From Minisyncoccota bacterium (GTDB taxonomy: Bacteria; Patescibacteriota; Minisyncoccia; UBA6257; 2-01-FULL-56-20), in the NCBI GenBank assembly GCA_035541435.1, contig DATKNL010000010.1, positions 30,250-94,249 of the forward strand: a DNA stretch of 64,000 nt. The letters are read 5' to 3'. Under the pieces are notes generated by a model. The model was not told the DNA's origin. It did not search any database and saw only the letters and a list, made by a program, of their open reading frames with translations. Positions 17,795-25,575 of this stretch are shown piece by piece; within the stretch, counting starts at the first letter, position 1, and each line of letters opens with the position of its first letter. The translations under genes and the position numbers were made by a program.

Positions 17795-18967
17795 TCATGG
17801 CGTTACCGATGCCGGATCCACGGGCGGCACGGATGTCGCGTCGACGTCCGGCGGCGGAGCCGTCGACGAGGCCGTCGTATCGATGGATGCGCCCAGGTCC
17901 TGCACGTCCGGCGCTGACGCCGCAGATGACGCCGCGTCAGGCGTGGTCGAGGCGTCGGCTGACGGGGCAGCGACATCCGCGGCCGCGGGGGTCGTCGCGT
18001 CAGGCGAAACGTCAGACGTCACGTCGGGAACCGCCGCGGGTGCCGGCGCTGCCGGAACGACGACTCCCGTGCCGCCTGAAAATCCCCCGCCGGACGATTC
18101 CCCGCCCGACGCCGGGGCGGCCGCATAGGTCTGGATGATGAGCCAGTCGAAAGCGACCGGTTGCGACTGCGGAGTCACGACGCCCACATGGAACCCGACG
18201 CCATCCAGTTTCTGCGTCACGGTGAGCGGCGCCTGCGATTCGGTCGTCGGCGTTATGAAAATCTTCGACGACGACGCGACCGCGGTGTTCGCAATGAAGA
18301 TGTCGCCCGCGCCGGTCGCGAGCACCGCCTCGCCGGTCAGCTGGTTCTCGCCGTGCGGCAGCGTGAGCGATCCGCCGGGAAGGATCGCGAGGTTTTTTGC
18401 GAACACGTTCACGGCCGCGACGACCGTCGCCTTCACGGAATTCGCGACCACCGTCGCGAAGGACTGCACGGCATCGCCCGCGTCGGCGACGATGCCGAAG
18501 AACTGGGCGATGGCCGCGTCGAGCAGCGACATGTCGTCGGGCGCCGCCGCAACGGACGAGGTGTCGATCGCGATCGTCGCCGTCGCGGTGACGACCGGGA
18601 CCGGCTCGGCGAAGATCACCGGCTGCACGGGCGCCACGCCCTGCGCGGCCACGGACGGAATCGGATTGCCCGCGGAATCCTCGTCATAGGCCTGCACGTC
18701 GAACGTCCCGCCCTGGCGGTCCGCATCGGGCACCTCGATCGCATAGGCGTATCCCCCATTCGCGCATTCCGGATCGCTGCTCCCCCAGATCGATCCGTCC
18801 GTCGCGTTCCTTATGACGACGAGCACGAACCGCGACGAGCACGAGCCCGCGATCGAAAGCATTCCCGATCCGGCATCGAACGAGACTGCGGAGGTCGCTG
18901 CGCGGATGGCGGCGGCAGGCGCGATGAGTGCCGCTGCGGCGGCGAGGATGGCGATGAATTTTTTCAT
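17795..18967 (-). CDS. Secreted hypothetical protein, Ala/Thr/Pro/Asp-rich C-terminus
   Basis: Track ORF 17795..18994. Start placed at ATG 18967 (MKKFIAILAAAAALIAPAAAIRA signal peptide), 2 bp after the stop of the upstream gene. Confidence 0.5.
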   Translation of the reverse strand: MKKFIAILAAAAALIAPAAAIRAATSAVSFDAGSGMLSIAGSCSSRFVLVVIRNATDGSIWGSSDPECANGGYAYAIEVPDADRQGGTFDVQAYDEDSAGNPIPSVAAQGVAPVQPVIFAEPVPVVTATATIAIDTSSVAAAPDDMSLLDAAIAQFFGIVADAGDAVQSFATVVANSVKATVVAAVNVFAKNLAILPGGSLTLPHGENQLTGEAVLATGAGDIFIANTAVASSSKIFITPTTESQAPLTVTQKLDGVGFHVGVVTPQSQPVAFDWLIIQTYAAAPASGGESSGGGFSGGTGVVVPAAPAPAAVPDVTSDVSPDATTPAAADVAAPSADASTTPDAASSAASAPDVQDLGASIDTTASSTAPPPDVDATSVPPVDPASVTP

Positions 18968-18968
18968 G

Positions 18969-21359
18969 TTATTCGCGACTTCCCAGATAGACATAGGCGA
19001 TGCGGTGGACGGCCGCGGCGGTCGTGAGCGTCGTCACGGTATTGAACACGCCGAGGTTCGTCGCGCTGCTCGGGATGTTGGTAGACTTCACCGTCTTCAC
19101 ATAAGCCCCGCCATTCGTCGCAACCTCGCAGGTGAGCTGCCCCGGCGTCGACGCATCGAGGAGGATGTCGTAATAGGTGCTCGTCGTCACGGTGACGCCG
19201 GTGTTCACATAGCTGATCGACGTGCCGTCGCCCGACCCGCACTGCCAGGTGGTGTCGTTGGCCGACGTCGAATAGCGGAGGCCGATGAAGACCGTCGTCG
19301 ACGCGCTCGTCGTCGCATCGGTCCCCATGAGCGCAACGGAGCTCAGCGCCACCCAGATGCGGCGGCTCGCGATCGACGTGTCGGTCCTGATTCGCGTCGC
19401 AAACCGCGGCGTATAGCGCGCCTCGGTCTGCGTGAACGCCTGCGTCTCACCGCCCGCGGCGCCGTTCGTCGCGCCGGTCGTCCACTGCACGTAGAAATCC
19501 TCGGCCTGCGCGCTTGCGGCGGCGGTTCCCGTCGCCGTCGGTGCGACCATGTTCACGTTCGTGAGCGTCGTCGCCGTCGTGCCGAGCGGGGCCCAATAGC
19601 CCCAACGCTTCTCGAAGAAGATCGGCTGCCAATCCATGTTGGTCGGCACGCAGTCATACCATGTGCCACCCTGGTCGCAGCGGAAGGAGCCCGTGCTCGA
19701 GCTGTAATACATCGCGCCGTTGAAGCCGGTCGGATCGCCGGCGTCGGCCTTCACGTCGAGGCCGAGCAGCGTCGGCACCGTTCCCGCGGCGCCGTTGTCG
19801 CCGATCTTGATCTTGTTGTTGAGCGTATCGGCCTGAAAAAGCGTATTGGTGCCGCTGGCATTCTCAATGAGGAACGCGGCCGACGTGTCGTTCGACGGCT
19901 GAAAGACCGCATTGCCGGAACTGTTGATCGCAAAGACCGTCGACGAGGCGTCGTTCACCTGGAACGCGTTCCCCGTGCCGAAATTCTGCACGATGAGCGC
20001 CGATCCCGCCACGTTTGCGCCGGCATAGATCGAAACCGTGCTCGTCGACTGCGTCGAGGTCGGCGTGTTCACGATGGCAAGCGCCGTTCCCGTGGCGTTC
20101 TGCGTGAGAAAGAGGCCCGTCCCGGCGGCATTCTGCAGGATGGTCATGCCGCCCGTGACCGACGGGCTCGTGAGTGCGGGCGAGGTGAGCGTCTTGTTGG
20201 CAAGCGTCTGCGAAAAGTTCGCGAGCGCGACCGTGTCGGTTCCCGTCCCGAAATCAGGGATGGTGAGCGCCTCGCCGATCGTCGGATTCCAGCTCAGCGT
20301 TCCCGTCGCGCCCGTCCCCCGGAACACGAACTGGCTCGAGGTCGCCGTCGCCTGCAGCATGCTGCCGATCACGCTGCTCGCCGCGCGAAAGATGCCGCTC
20401 GACGCGATGAACGTGTTTGCGGAAAAGAACTGGATCGCACCCGTTCCGCCGCCGCCCTGAAGCGTGAGCGTGTTCGATCCCGTCGCGTTGATCTGCGGAT
20501 TCGCGTCGCCGAGCATGAGGCTGCCGTTCGCAAGTACGGGGATCTGGCTGCCGGTCGCGTTCTGCGACGGCGTGAACCCGCCGACCGAATATGAATTGAT
20601 GGCGTAGCCCGAAGCCACGATCCGGGGACGGGGCGCAAGGTGCTCGAACACCTCGCTTCCGCCCGTGCAGCTCGGATCGACCTTGGTCGCCACTGAGACA
20701 TCGAGATAGCTCGTGTCGTTGCTTTGGAAGTCATAGGTCAGGGCGTCGCCGCCGGCGCTTGTGTCGCCGATCCCCACGTTGAACACCCCGTTCTGGACGT
20801 TCACGGTCATGATCGACGCCGTTGCGGCCGGCCACAGCTGGGAACCGCCCGACGAGGCGTTGAAAATGGAGAAGCGAAAGCAATATGCGGTTCCAGCGCC
20901 GCCAAGCAGGTTGCCTCCTGAATCGAATAGGCGGCCCTGATAGCTCAGGATCTTGGGAACCCCCACAGCCGCATGGGCCACCGGGGCCTGCATGATGTTC
21001 GCGATGAGCGCGTAAAGAAGGAATAGGCAAAAAGCCACAAGGAGGGCTATGAATATATAGAGGAGTTTTCTCGTGAACCCGATCAGCCGCTCTTCGGTCG
21101 TGTTGGCGGCAATCCACCGGCGGGTCCGGGCACGAATCCCCGTAATCCTGCCCATTTTGCCAGCCGGAGACTTGCTCATGGACAGATAAGCATTCAGGGC
21201 CTCTTCGGTCGTCATCCAGGCCACGTTCAGATAGATCTGCTTGCCCTCCAATTTGCCCTTCCTTATGAGCTGTCCGAGGTAGTCCTGGCTGTATCCCGAG
21301 ATTTTAGACGCCTCCTTGAGGGTTATGTATTTTTTGCCGCTTTTTTCGATATTTTCCAT
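18969..21359 (-). CDS. Large membrane-anchored protein with N-terminal cytoplasmic MerR/excisionase-type HTH, one TM and ~650-aa Thr/Gly/Ser/Ala-rich extracytoplasmic region
   Basis: 796 aa. N-terminal KYITLKEASKISGYSQDYLGQLIRKGKLEGKQIYL (HTH_17-like). TM LLYIFIALLVAFCLFLLYALIA. Downstream low-complexity region with many NxT/S sites. First gene after the AT-rich divergent promoter region at 21360-21549. Confidence 0.6.
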   Translation of the reverse strand: MENIEKSGKKYITLKEASKISGYSQDYLGQLIRKGKLEGKQIYLNVAWMTTEEALNAYLSMSKSPAGKMGRITGIRARTRRWIAANTTEERLIGFTRKLLYIFIALLVAFCLFLLYALIANIMQAPVAHAAVGVPKILSYQGRLFDSGGNLLGGAGTAYCFRFSIFNASSGGSQLWPAATASIMTVNVQNGVFNVGIGDTSAGGDALTYDFQSNDTSYLDVSVATKVDPSCTGGSEVFEHLAPRPRIVASGYAINSYSVGGFTPSQNATGSQIPVLANGSLMLGDANPQINATGSNTLTLQGGGGTGAIQFFSANTFIASSGIFRAASSVIGSMLQATATSSQFVFRGTGATGTLSWNPTIGEALTIPDFGTGTDTVALANFSQTLANKTLTSPALTSPSVTGGMTILQNAAGTGLFLTQNATGTALAIVNTPTSTQSTSTVSIYAGANVAGSALIVQNFGTGNAFQVNDASSTVFAINSSGNAVFQPSNDTSAAFLIENASGTNTLFQADTLNNKIKIGDNGAAGTVPTLLGLDVKADAGDPTGFNGAMYYSSSTGSFRCDQGGTWYDCVPTNMDWQPIFFEKRWGYWAPLGTTATTLTNVNMVAPTATGTAAASAQAEDFYVQWTTGATNGAAGGETQAFTQTEARYTPRFATRIRTDTSIASRRIWVALSSVALMGTDATTSASTTVFIGLRYSTSANDTTWQCGSGDGTSISYVNTGVTVTTSTYYDILLDASTPGQLTCEVATNGGAYVKTVKSTNIPSSATNLGVFNTVTTLTTAAAVHRIAYVYLGSRE

Positions 21360-21549
21360 ATCTCGGGGGTCGATATTTCACAAAACTCGGGCTCCGATAT
21401 TTACGTATTCATTATATAAAATGGCGCATTTGACTAACTGTGGATAAGAATTTTTAATAGGATAATTTTGAGCAAAATAGGCAATAGTTTTTGACAGAAC
21501 GCCCGCCCTCCTATAGAAAGAAGGGAGCTACTATCTCACGGAGGTTCTC
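21360..21549. promoter_or_regulatory. AT-rich divergent promoter region between the surface-protein array (-) and the YeiH-like gene (+)
   Basis: AT content is about twice that of flanking DNA. Plus strand: TTGACA (21491-21496), 15-nt spacer, TATAGA, GGAGG SD 6 nt before ATG 21550. Minus strand carries TATATAAT. Direct repeat CGATATTT(C/A)AC twice. TGTGGATAA (21439-21447) is a perfect DnaA-box 9-mer. Confidence 0.4.
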
Positions 21550-21649
21550 ATGAACCAAATCGGCGTTCCCGCATCCCGGCTGTCCACCGACTGGTGGGCG
21601 GTCATTGCGGCCTTTGCGGCAACCATCCTCATAAAACTGGGGGTGCTCC

Positions 21650-22690
21650 ATGTCGGCTGGTAGGCTGATGAGGGTTTTTCCCGGCGTCGCCCTGATGTTC
21701 GGCATCGGCATCCTCGGAAAGCTCATCGAGCAGTCGATCGACGTTATCGGCAAGGCGCACGGCTGGCACCTGCCGAAAATCGAATATGTCCTCTGGGCGA
21801 TCCTGCTCGGGCTCCTCATAAGGAACCTCCGCGTCGTCCCCCGGATGTGTGACCCGGGAATCGCAACCTATGATTTCTGGCTCAAAGCCGGCATCGTCCT
21901 CCTCGGAACGCGCTTCCTGCTCGGCGATATCGCCAAGCTCGGACCGCTCGTTCTTGCGCTGGTGGTCATCGAAATCCTCTTTTCGATCGCCGTCATGACG
22001 CTCATCGGACGCTGGTTCGGCCTCGGCGGCAAACTGACGTCCCTCCTGGCCGTCGGATCCGGCATCTGCGGAGTTTCGGCCATCATCGCAACCGAAGGCG
22101 CGATCGAAGCCGAAGAAAAGGATGCGGCCCTTGCCATCGCCGTGATCCTTGCGGTCGGGGCGGTGGCGCTCTTCCTTTTCCCGTTCTTCGGACACGTCTT
22201 GCACATGCCGGACCAGTGGTTCGGGGTATGGGCTGGCCTCGCCGTCGACAACACGGCCGAAGCCACGGCAGCGGGAGCGATCTTCTCGGATGCCGCGGCG
22301 AAGACCGCGGTGCTCGTGAAGACCACCCGCAATGCGATGATCGGATTCGTCGTCCTCGCCTATGCGGTCTATTGGGCGAACAAGGGCATGGCGAAACGGA
22401 TCGAGCGTCGGGGACGGTTCCTGTGGGAAAAGTTCCCCAAGTTCGTGCTCGGCTTTCTCGCGGTTTCGGTCGCCGCAAGCGCGCACGCATTCAGCAAGGG
22501 CGAGCTCGCAAGCCTAGCAAACCTCTCGAGGTGGGCGTTCCTCATCACCTTCGCCGGCGTCGGCCTTCGGACCGACATCCGCGCGATGATGAAGCAGGGA
22601 ACGCGGCCCCTGCTCGTCGGCCTGCTCGGCGAACTCCTGATAGCCGCCTCGACCCTCACGATGGTCGCGGTGGCGTCGGCCTTCGCCTGA
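21650..22690 (+). CDS. YeiH/UPF0324 family membrane protein (putative sulfate exporter family); probable N-terminal segment at 21550-21663 is in a different frame
   Basis: 346 aa, multi-TM, alignable by eye to E. coli YeiH from about residue 35. A hydrophobic 37-aa ORF (MNQIGVPASRLSTDWWAVIAAFAATILIKLGVLHVGW) with a strong SD starts at 21550, is in frame -1 relative to the main ORF and ends at 21663, next to a G5 run. Confidence 0.7.
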   Translation: MSAGRLMRVFPGVALMFGIGILGKLIEQSIDVIGKAHGWHLPKIEYVLWAILLGLLIRNLRVVPRMCDPGIATYDFWLKAGIVLLGTRFLLGDIAKLGPLVLALVVIEILFSIAVMTLIGRWFGLGGKLTSLLAVGSGICGVSAIIATEGAIEAEEKDAALAIAVILAVGAVALFLFPFFGHVLHMPDQWFGVWAGLAVDNTAEATAAGAIFSDAAAKTAVLVKTTRNAMIGFVVLAYAVYWANKGMAKRIERRGRFLWEKFPKFVLGFLAVSVAASAHAFSKGELASLANLSRWAFLITFAGVGLRTDIRAMMKQGTRPLLVGLLGELLIAASTLTMVAVASAFA

Positions 22691-22715
22691 CAGCGGCGAT
22701 GCCGCTCACCTGACT

Positions 22716-22750
22716 CCAGCAGACGCCTCACGGCTCTGCTGGATTTTTTA
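22716..22750 (+). terminator. Rho-independent terminator after the YeiH-like gene
   Basis: CCAGCAGA-cgcctcacggc-TCTGCTGG stem-loop followed by ATTTTTTATTT, 25 nt after the stop at 22690. Confidence 0.6.
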
Positions 22751-22752
22751 TT

Positions 22753-23103
22753 TCAGACGTTCCCGATCGAAAGGATGACGAGTGCGATGACGCCGAGAAC
22801 GACCCCGACCGTCTGCGTAACGCTCAGACTCTCTTTGAAGATGATGAGGCCGATGAATAGGAATCCGGCGATCGAAAGAAGATCCCACAAGAGGGACGTC
22901 ACCACCAAACCGTTCTTGAGAAGCGATGGAATATAGAAAAAGGCCGACGCGACGTATCCGGCGAAGGCGAGGATGAGCCACAACGGCTCGCGCCCGACGG
23001 ACCAGGTCTTTGCGCTGTAATCGCCAAGGATCACGCCGCACGCGCTCAAGGCGATCAGCGCCCACATCGGAAGCGCGGGAAGGATGTCCGTGAAAAGGTC
23101 CAT
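22753..23103 (-). CDS. Small 4-TM membrane protein, SMR/DMT-superfamily-like
   Basis: 116 aa, four hydrophobic helices (WALIALSACGVILG, LWLILAFAGYVASAFFY, LVVTSLLWDLLSIAGFLFIGLIIF, VGVVLGVIALVILSIG). Size and topology match EmrE/YnfA-type proteins. Confidence 0.5.
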   Translation of the reverse strand: MDLFTDILPALPMWALIALSACGVILGDYSAKTWSVGREPLWLILAFAGYVASAFFYIPSLLKNGLVVTSLLWDLLSIAGFLFIGLIIFKESLSVTQTVGVVLGVIALVILSIGNV

Positions 23104-23157
23104 TGTCTAAATTCTACCCTATTCAGCCAAGAAGGATCTCCCCTCCGCCGTTTGATT

Positions 23158-23288
23158 CCTCGCACACATCCTGCATGAGCATGAAAAGGGATTCTCGGAG
23201 GCGCGCAGGCGCCGAGAGCATAGGCGGCCGGTCAGCAGACCGGAACGCCGTCCCTTTTCATGCTCATGTAGGATGTGCCCTCGCGAGG
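23158..23288. repeat. Imperfect ~34-bp inverted repeat (arms 23158-23191 and 23251-23288) separated by a 59-nt GC-rich loop; the right arm overlaps the 3' end and trailer of tRNA-Arg
   Basis: Arm1 CCTCGCACACATCCTGCATGAGCATGAAAAGGGA. Reverse complement of arm2 is CCTCGCGAGGGCACATCCTACATGAGCATGAAAAGGGA. The 26-nt core has 1 mismatch. Confidence 0.6.
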
Positions 23289-23347
23289 AATTGAACCTCG
23301 ATCTTCTCCTTCGGAGGGAGATGTCCTATCCGTTGAACGACGGGGGC
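23276..23347 (-). tRNA. tRNA-Arg (anticodon CCG)
   Basis: Manual fold of the minus strand: GCCCCCG-TC-GTTC-AACGGATA-GGAC-A-TCTCC-CTCCGAA-GGAGA-AGAT-CGAGG-TTCAATT-CCTCG-CGAGGGC-A. Has U8, a 7-nt anticodon loop with U33 and CCG at 34-36, a TTCAATT T-loop, and one C-A mismatch in the acceptor stem. CCA is not encoded. Confidence 0.7.
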
Positions 23348-23363
23348 AGCTGCCGGACGCTCA

Positions 23364-24482
23364 CTATCTTACTATAAAGGAATAGACGGAGTAAACCGCC
23401 GCCACGATGAACAGGGCCGCCACGGCATCGAGCAGGAATTTCACGGCAGGGCGGAGCCTCAGCGAATGCCGGCCGACCGAGACGATGATCAGATATTGCA
23501 GGCTGAGGAATCCGCCGCCGACGAGGCCAACGATCGAGAGAAAGTTGTTGAATCCCGCGAGGACAAGCAGCGGTGGCACGAAAACGAGGATCCCGCGCGA
23601 AAGGACCGGCGGCCAGCGAAGATCCTTCTCGAGGGCATTCTTGATTTCCCGCGAGATGGGCAGATAGACGGTCGCGACCGCAAGCAAGCCGAGCGCGGCA
23701 AGCATGTCTTTTTTCCAAAGGGGCCACCCGGCGAGCCCCGAAGCGGTGTCGGGCGCGATGGCCGCCCCGCCCGAGGAACCGATGATGCCGGCGGCAAACA
23801 TGGCATAAAGGAGCGCGGCGAACAGGGTCCCTCCGGCCAGCGCGCGCCACGGCGAACGGGTTCGGTCGTGCCGCTTGCGCGCCTCATAGGCCGGCTCGAT
23901 GCTCGTCCAGCCCGCAAGCGAAAAAAGGACGGCGCCGAATGGCAAAAAGAGATTCGCTCCGTTCACCGCCGCCACGCCCCTGAAGACGACGTTCGGCCAT
24001 GCCGAAACGAAGATGATCAGGATGATGAACGACGTGCAGGCGATCCCCACGAGTTCAAGCTCCCGGATTTCACGGTCGCTCGCAAGCGCGATGCACGAAA
24101 TGAAGATCCAAAACCCGGTGAACGCATAGGCGAACGTCGCCTGCGGAACCGCAAGACGGATGAACTGGGCGCCGAGGACGAGATAGGCGAGCAGCGTAAG
24201 AAGAAGCCCGATCACGATGGCGACGAAGCCGATCCAGAATCCGGGCGCACCGAACCGGTCGCGGGCAAGCCCAAGCAGCCGTTTTTTCTCGCCCTCGCCT
24301 TCGAGCGTCTTCAGATAGACGACATGGGCGACGCTCACGAGCACCGCAAGTACCGCAAGATAGGCGAGGCTCACGAGCCACCCGGCCTGGAAAAAGACAT
24401 AGGGAAGCGCGAACACCCCGTCGCCGACCGTCGCCGCTGCGACAATCCCGGCGATTTCAAAGAATGGCATTTGGCGCTTCAT
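23364..24482 (-). CDS. Polytopic membrane transporter, APC-superfamily-like permease (about 11 TM)
   Basis: 372 aa, hydrophobic throughout with Gly-rich helices typical of amino acid/polyamine permeases. No soluble domain. Confidence 0.5.
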   Translation of the reverse strand: MKRQMPFFEIAGIVAAATVGDGVFALPYVFFQAGWLVSLAYLAVLAVLVSVAHVVYLKTLEGEGEKKRLLGLARDRFGAPGFWIGFVAIVIGLLLTLLAYLVLGAQFIRLAVPQATFAYAFTGFWIFISCIALASDREIRELELVGIACTSFIILIIFVSAWPNVVFRGVAAVNGANLFLPFGAVLFSLAGWTSIEPAYEARKRHDRTRSPWRALAGGTLFAALLYAMFAAGIIGSSGGAAIAPDTASGLAGWPLWKKDMLAALGLLAVATVYLPISREIKNALEKDLRWPPVLSRGILVFVPPLLVLAGFNNFLSIVGLVGGGFLSLQYLIIVSVGRHSLRLRPAVKFLLDAVAALFIVAAVYSVYSFIVR

Positions 24483-24494
24483 GCCTGCCGTGGA

Positions 24495-24866
24495 TTATTC
24501 CGTCCGATACACCAGGTCGCCTTCGCGCACACGCTTTTTCACCTTGATGCCGATCTGCTTTCCCTTCGGGGCGACCTTCACCGGCTTGCGGTCGTACTGC
24601 ATCGACTTAGCCTCGTCGGCGAAATCGGTCGTCGCTCCTTTATAATGCAGCTTCGCCCCCGCCGGGACCTTCGTCTTGAACCGCACGATGGCCACTTTTA
24701 TATGGGTGAAGAAATGCGTGACGGTTCCGATAGGCTTCTCGGCGCCTTTCGCTTTTGCAACCTTCTTTGCCTTGGTCGCTGCGGGCTTCTTCTTCACCCG
24801 AGAAACGCGCGATTTCTTCTTCGCGCCCACCTTCTTTTTAGATTTTTTTAATGGCTTCTTCTTCAT
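24495..24866 (-). CDS. Lys-rich (histone H1-like) protein with C-terminal EF-Tu domain-2-like beta-barrel
   Basis: 123 aa. N-terminal KKKPLKKSKKKVGAKKKSRVSRVKKKPAATKAKKVAKAKG. C-terminal IGTVTHFFTHIKVAIVRF...GKQIGIKVKKRVREGDLVY resembles the translation-protein beta-barrel. Confidence 0.5.
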   Translation of the reverse strand: MKKKPLKKSKKKVGAKKKSRVSRVKKKPAATKAKKVAKAKGAEKPIGTVTHFFTHIKVAIVRFKTKVPAGAKLHYKGATTDFADEAKSMQYDRKPVKVAPKGKQIGIKVKKRVREGDLVYRTE

Positions 24867-24884
24867 AATGACAAAGCGGTCCGC

Positions 24885-25538
24885 CTAGCCATGCAACCGG
24901 TGATCAGACAGATGCATGTCGGCCTGGCTCACCTCCTTGTCGTCGGCCTCGACCATGTCGATCACCCGTTCAAGCAGCTTCTTCGGATCGTCATCGAAGA
25001 TGACCCGGCCCATGCCGCGATGCGCGTTCTTGAGGATGCCTTCGAGCTCGTCGCTTGCGCCGCCCGTCCCCGTGAGGACGCCCTGGGGCTTCTTGTCCTC
25101 GAAGGCGATTGTGAATTCGTTGAGCGTCCCGATGCGGCCATAGATCGTGATGATCGCGTCGGCGGCCCGGGTAAGCAGCAGGTTGCGTCCCGAATAATCG
25201 AAGCCGGTATATATGATGAGGTCGTGATAATCGAGCGGAAGGTGATAGGTCTTCACGTGGGCGAGCTTCGAGGCGGCCGGCGAAAGGCCGATCACGATAC
25301 CGCCCGCATCCTTCGCGCCCTTTGCCGCCCAATAGGGAATTCCCGTCGTGGCCCCCGTAATGAGCACCATGCCCCGAAGCGCGATGAGCGCCCCGACTTC
25401 CATTGCCTTCCTCACCGTGTCGGGCGGGCAATATTCCGTCTCGGCCGAGCCCGAGATGCAGATTTTGTACTTCAGATAGCTTGATGAAAGCTGCTCGAGG
25501 GTCTTTAAGGGATCGTTCTCGGTCGTTTCTTGTTGCAT
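24885..25538 (-). CDS. TIGR00725/LOG-family Rossmann-fold protein (lysine-decarboxylase-like)
   Basis: Motifs ITGATTGIPYWAAKGA and IYGRIGTLNEF. The track ORF starts at TTG 25619; the ATG at 25538 (MQQETTEND) is the alternative chosen here. Confidence 0.55.
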   Translation of the reverse strand: MQQETTENDPLKTLEQLSSSYLKYKICISGSAETEYCPPDTVRKAMEVGALIALRGMVLITGATTGIPYWAAKGAKDAGGIVIGLSPAASKLAHVKTYHLPLDYHDLIIYTGFDYSGRNLLLTRAADAIITIYGRIGTLNEFTIAFEDKKPQGVLTGTGGASDELEGILKNAHRGMGRVIFDDDPKKLLERVIDMVEADDKEVSQADMHLSDHRLHG

Positions 25539-25575
25539 AGGACTATGATAGCGCACTTCAGAGAGGTCCGAAAGC

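Noticed and set aside
660-20594. Other long plus-strand ORFs across the surface-protein array (660-2217, 2954-4936, 5372-5959, 6916-8049, 8501-9409, 9793-10881, 16660-18138, 18813-20594)
   Set aside because: All are antisense to minus-strand genes that have signal peptides and recognisable domains. Their translations are Arg/Gly/Asp-rich with no motifs. GC3-driven open frames.
23158-24482. Possible integrated mobile element at tRNA-Arg
   Set aside because: The repeat at the tRNA 3' end is inverted, not direct. No integrase, recombinase or phage genes flank the tRNA. Kept as a structural observation only.
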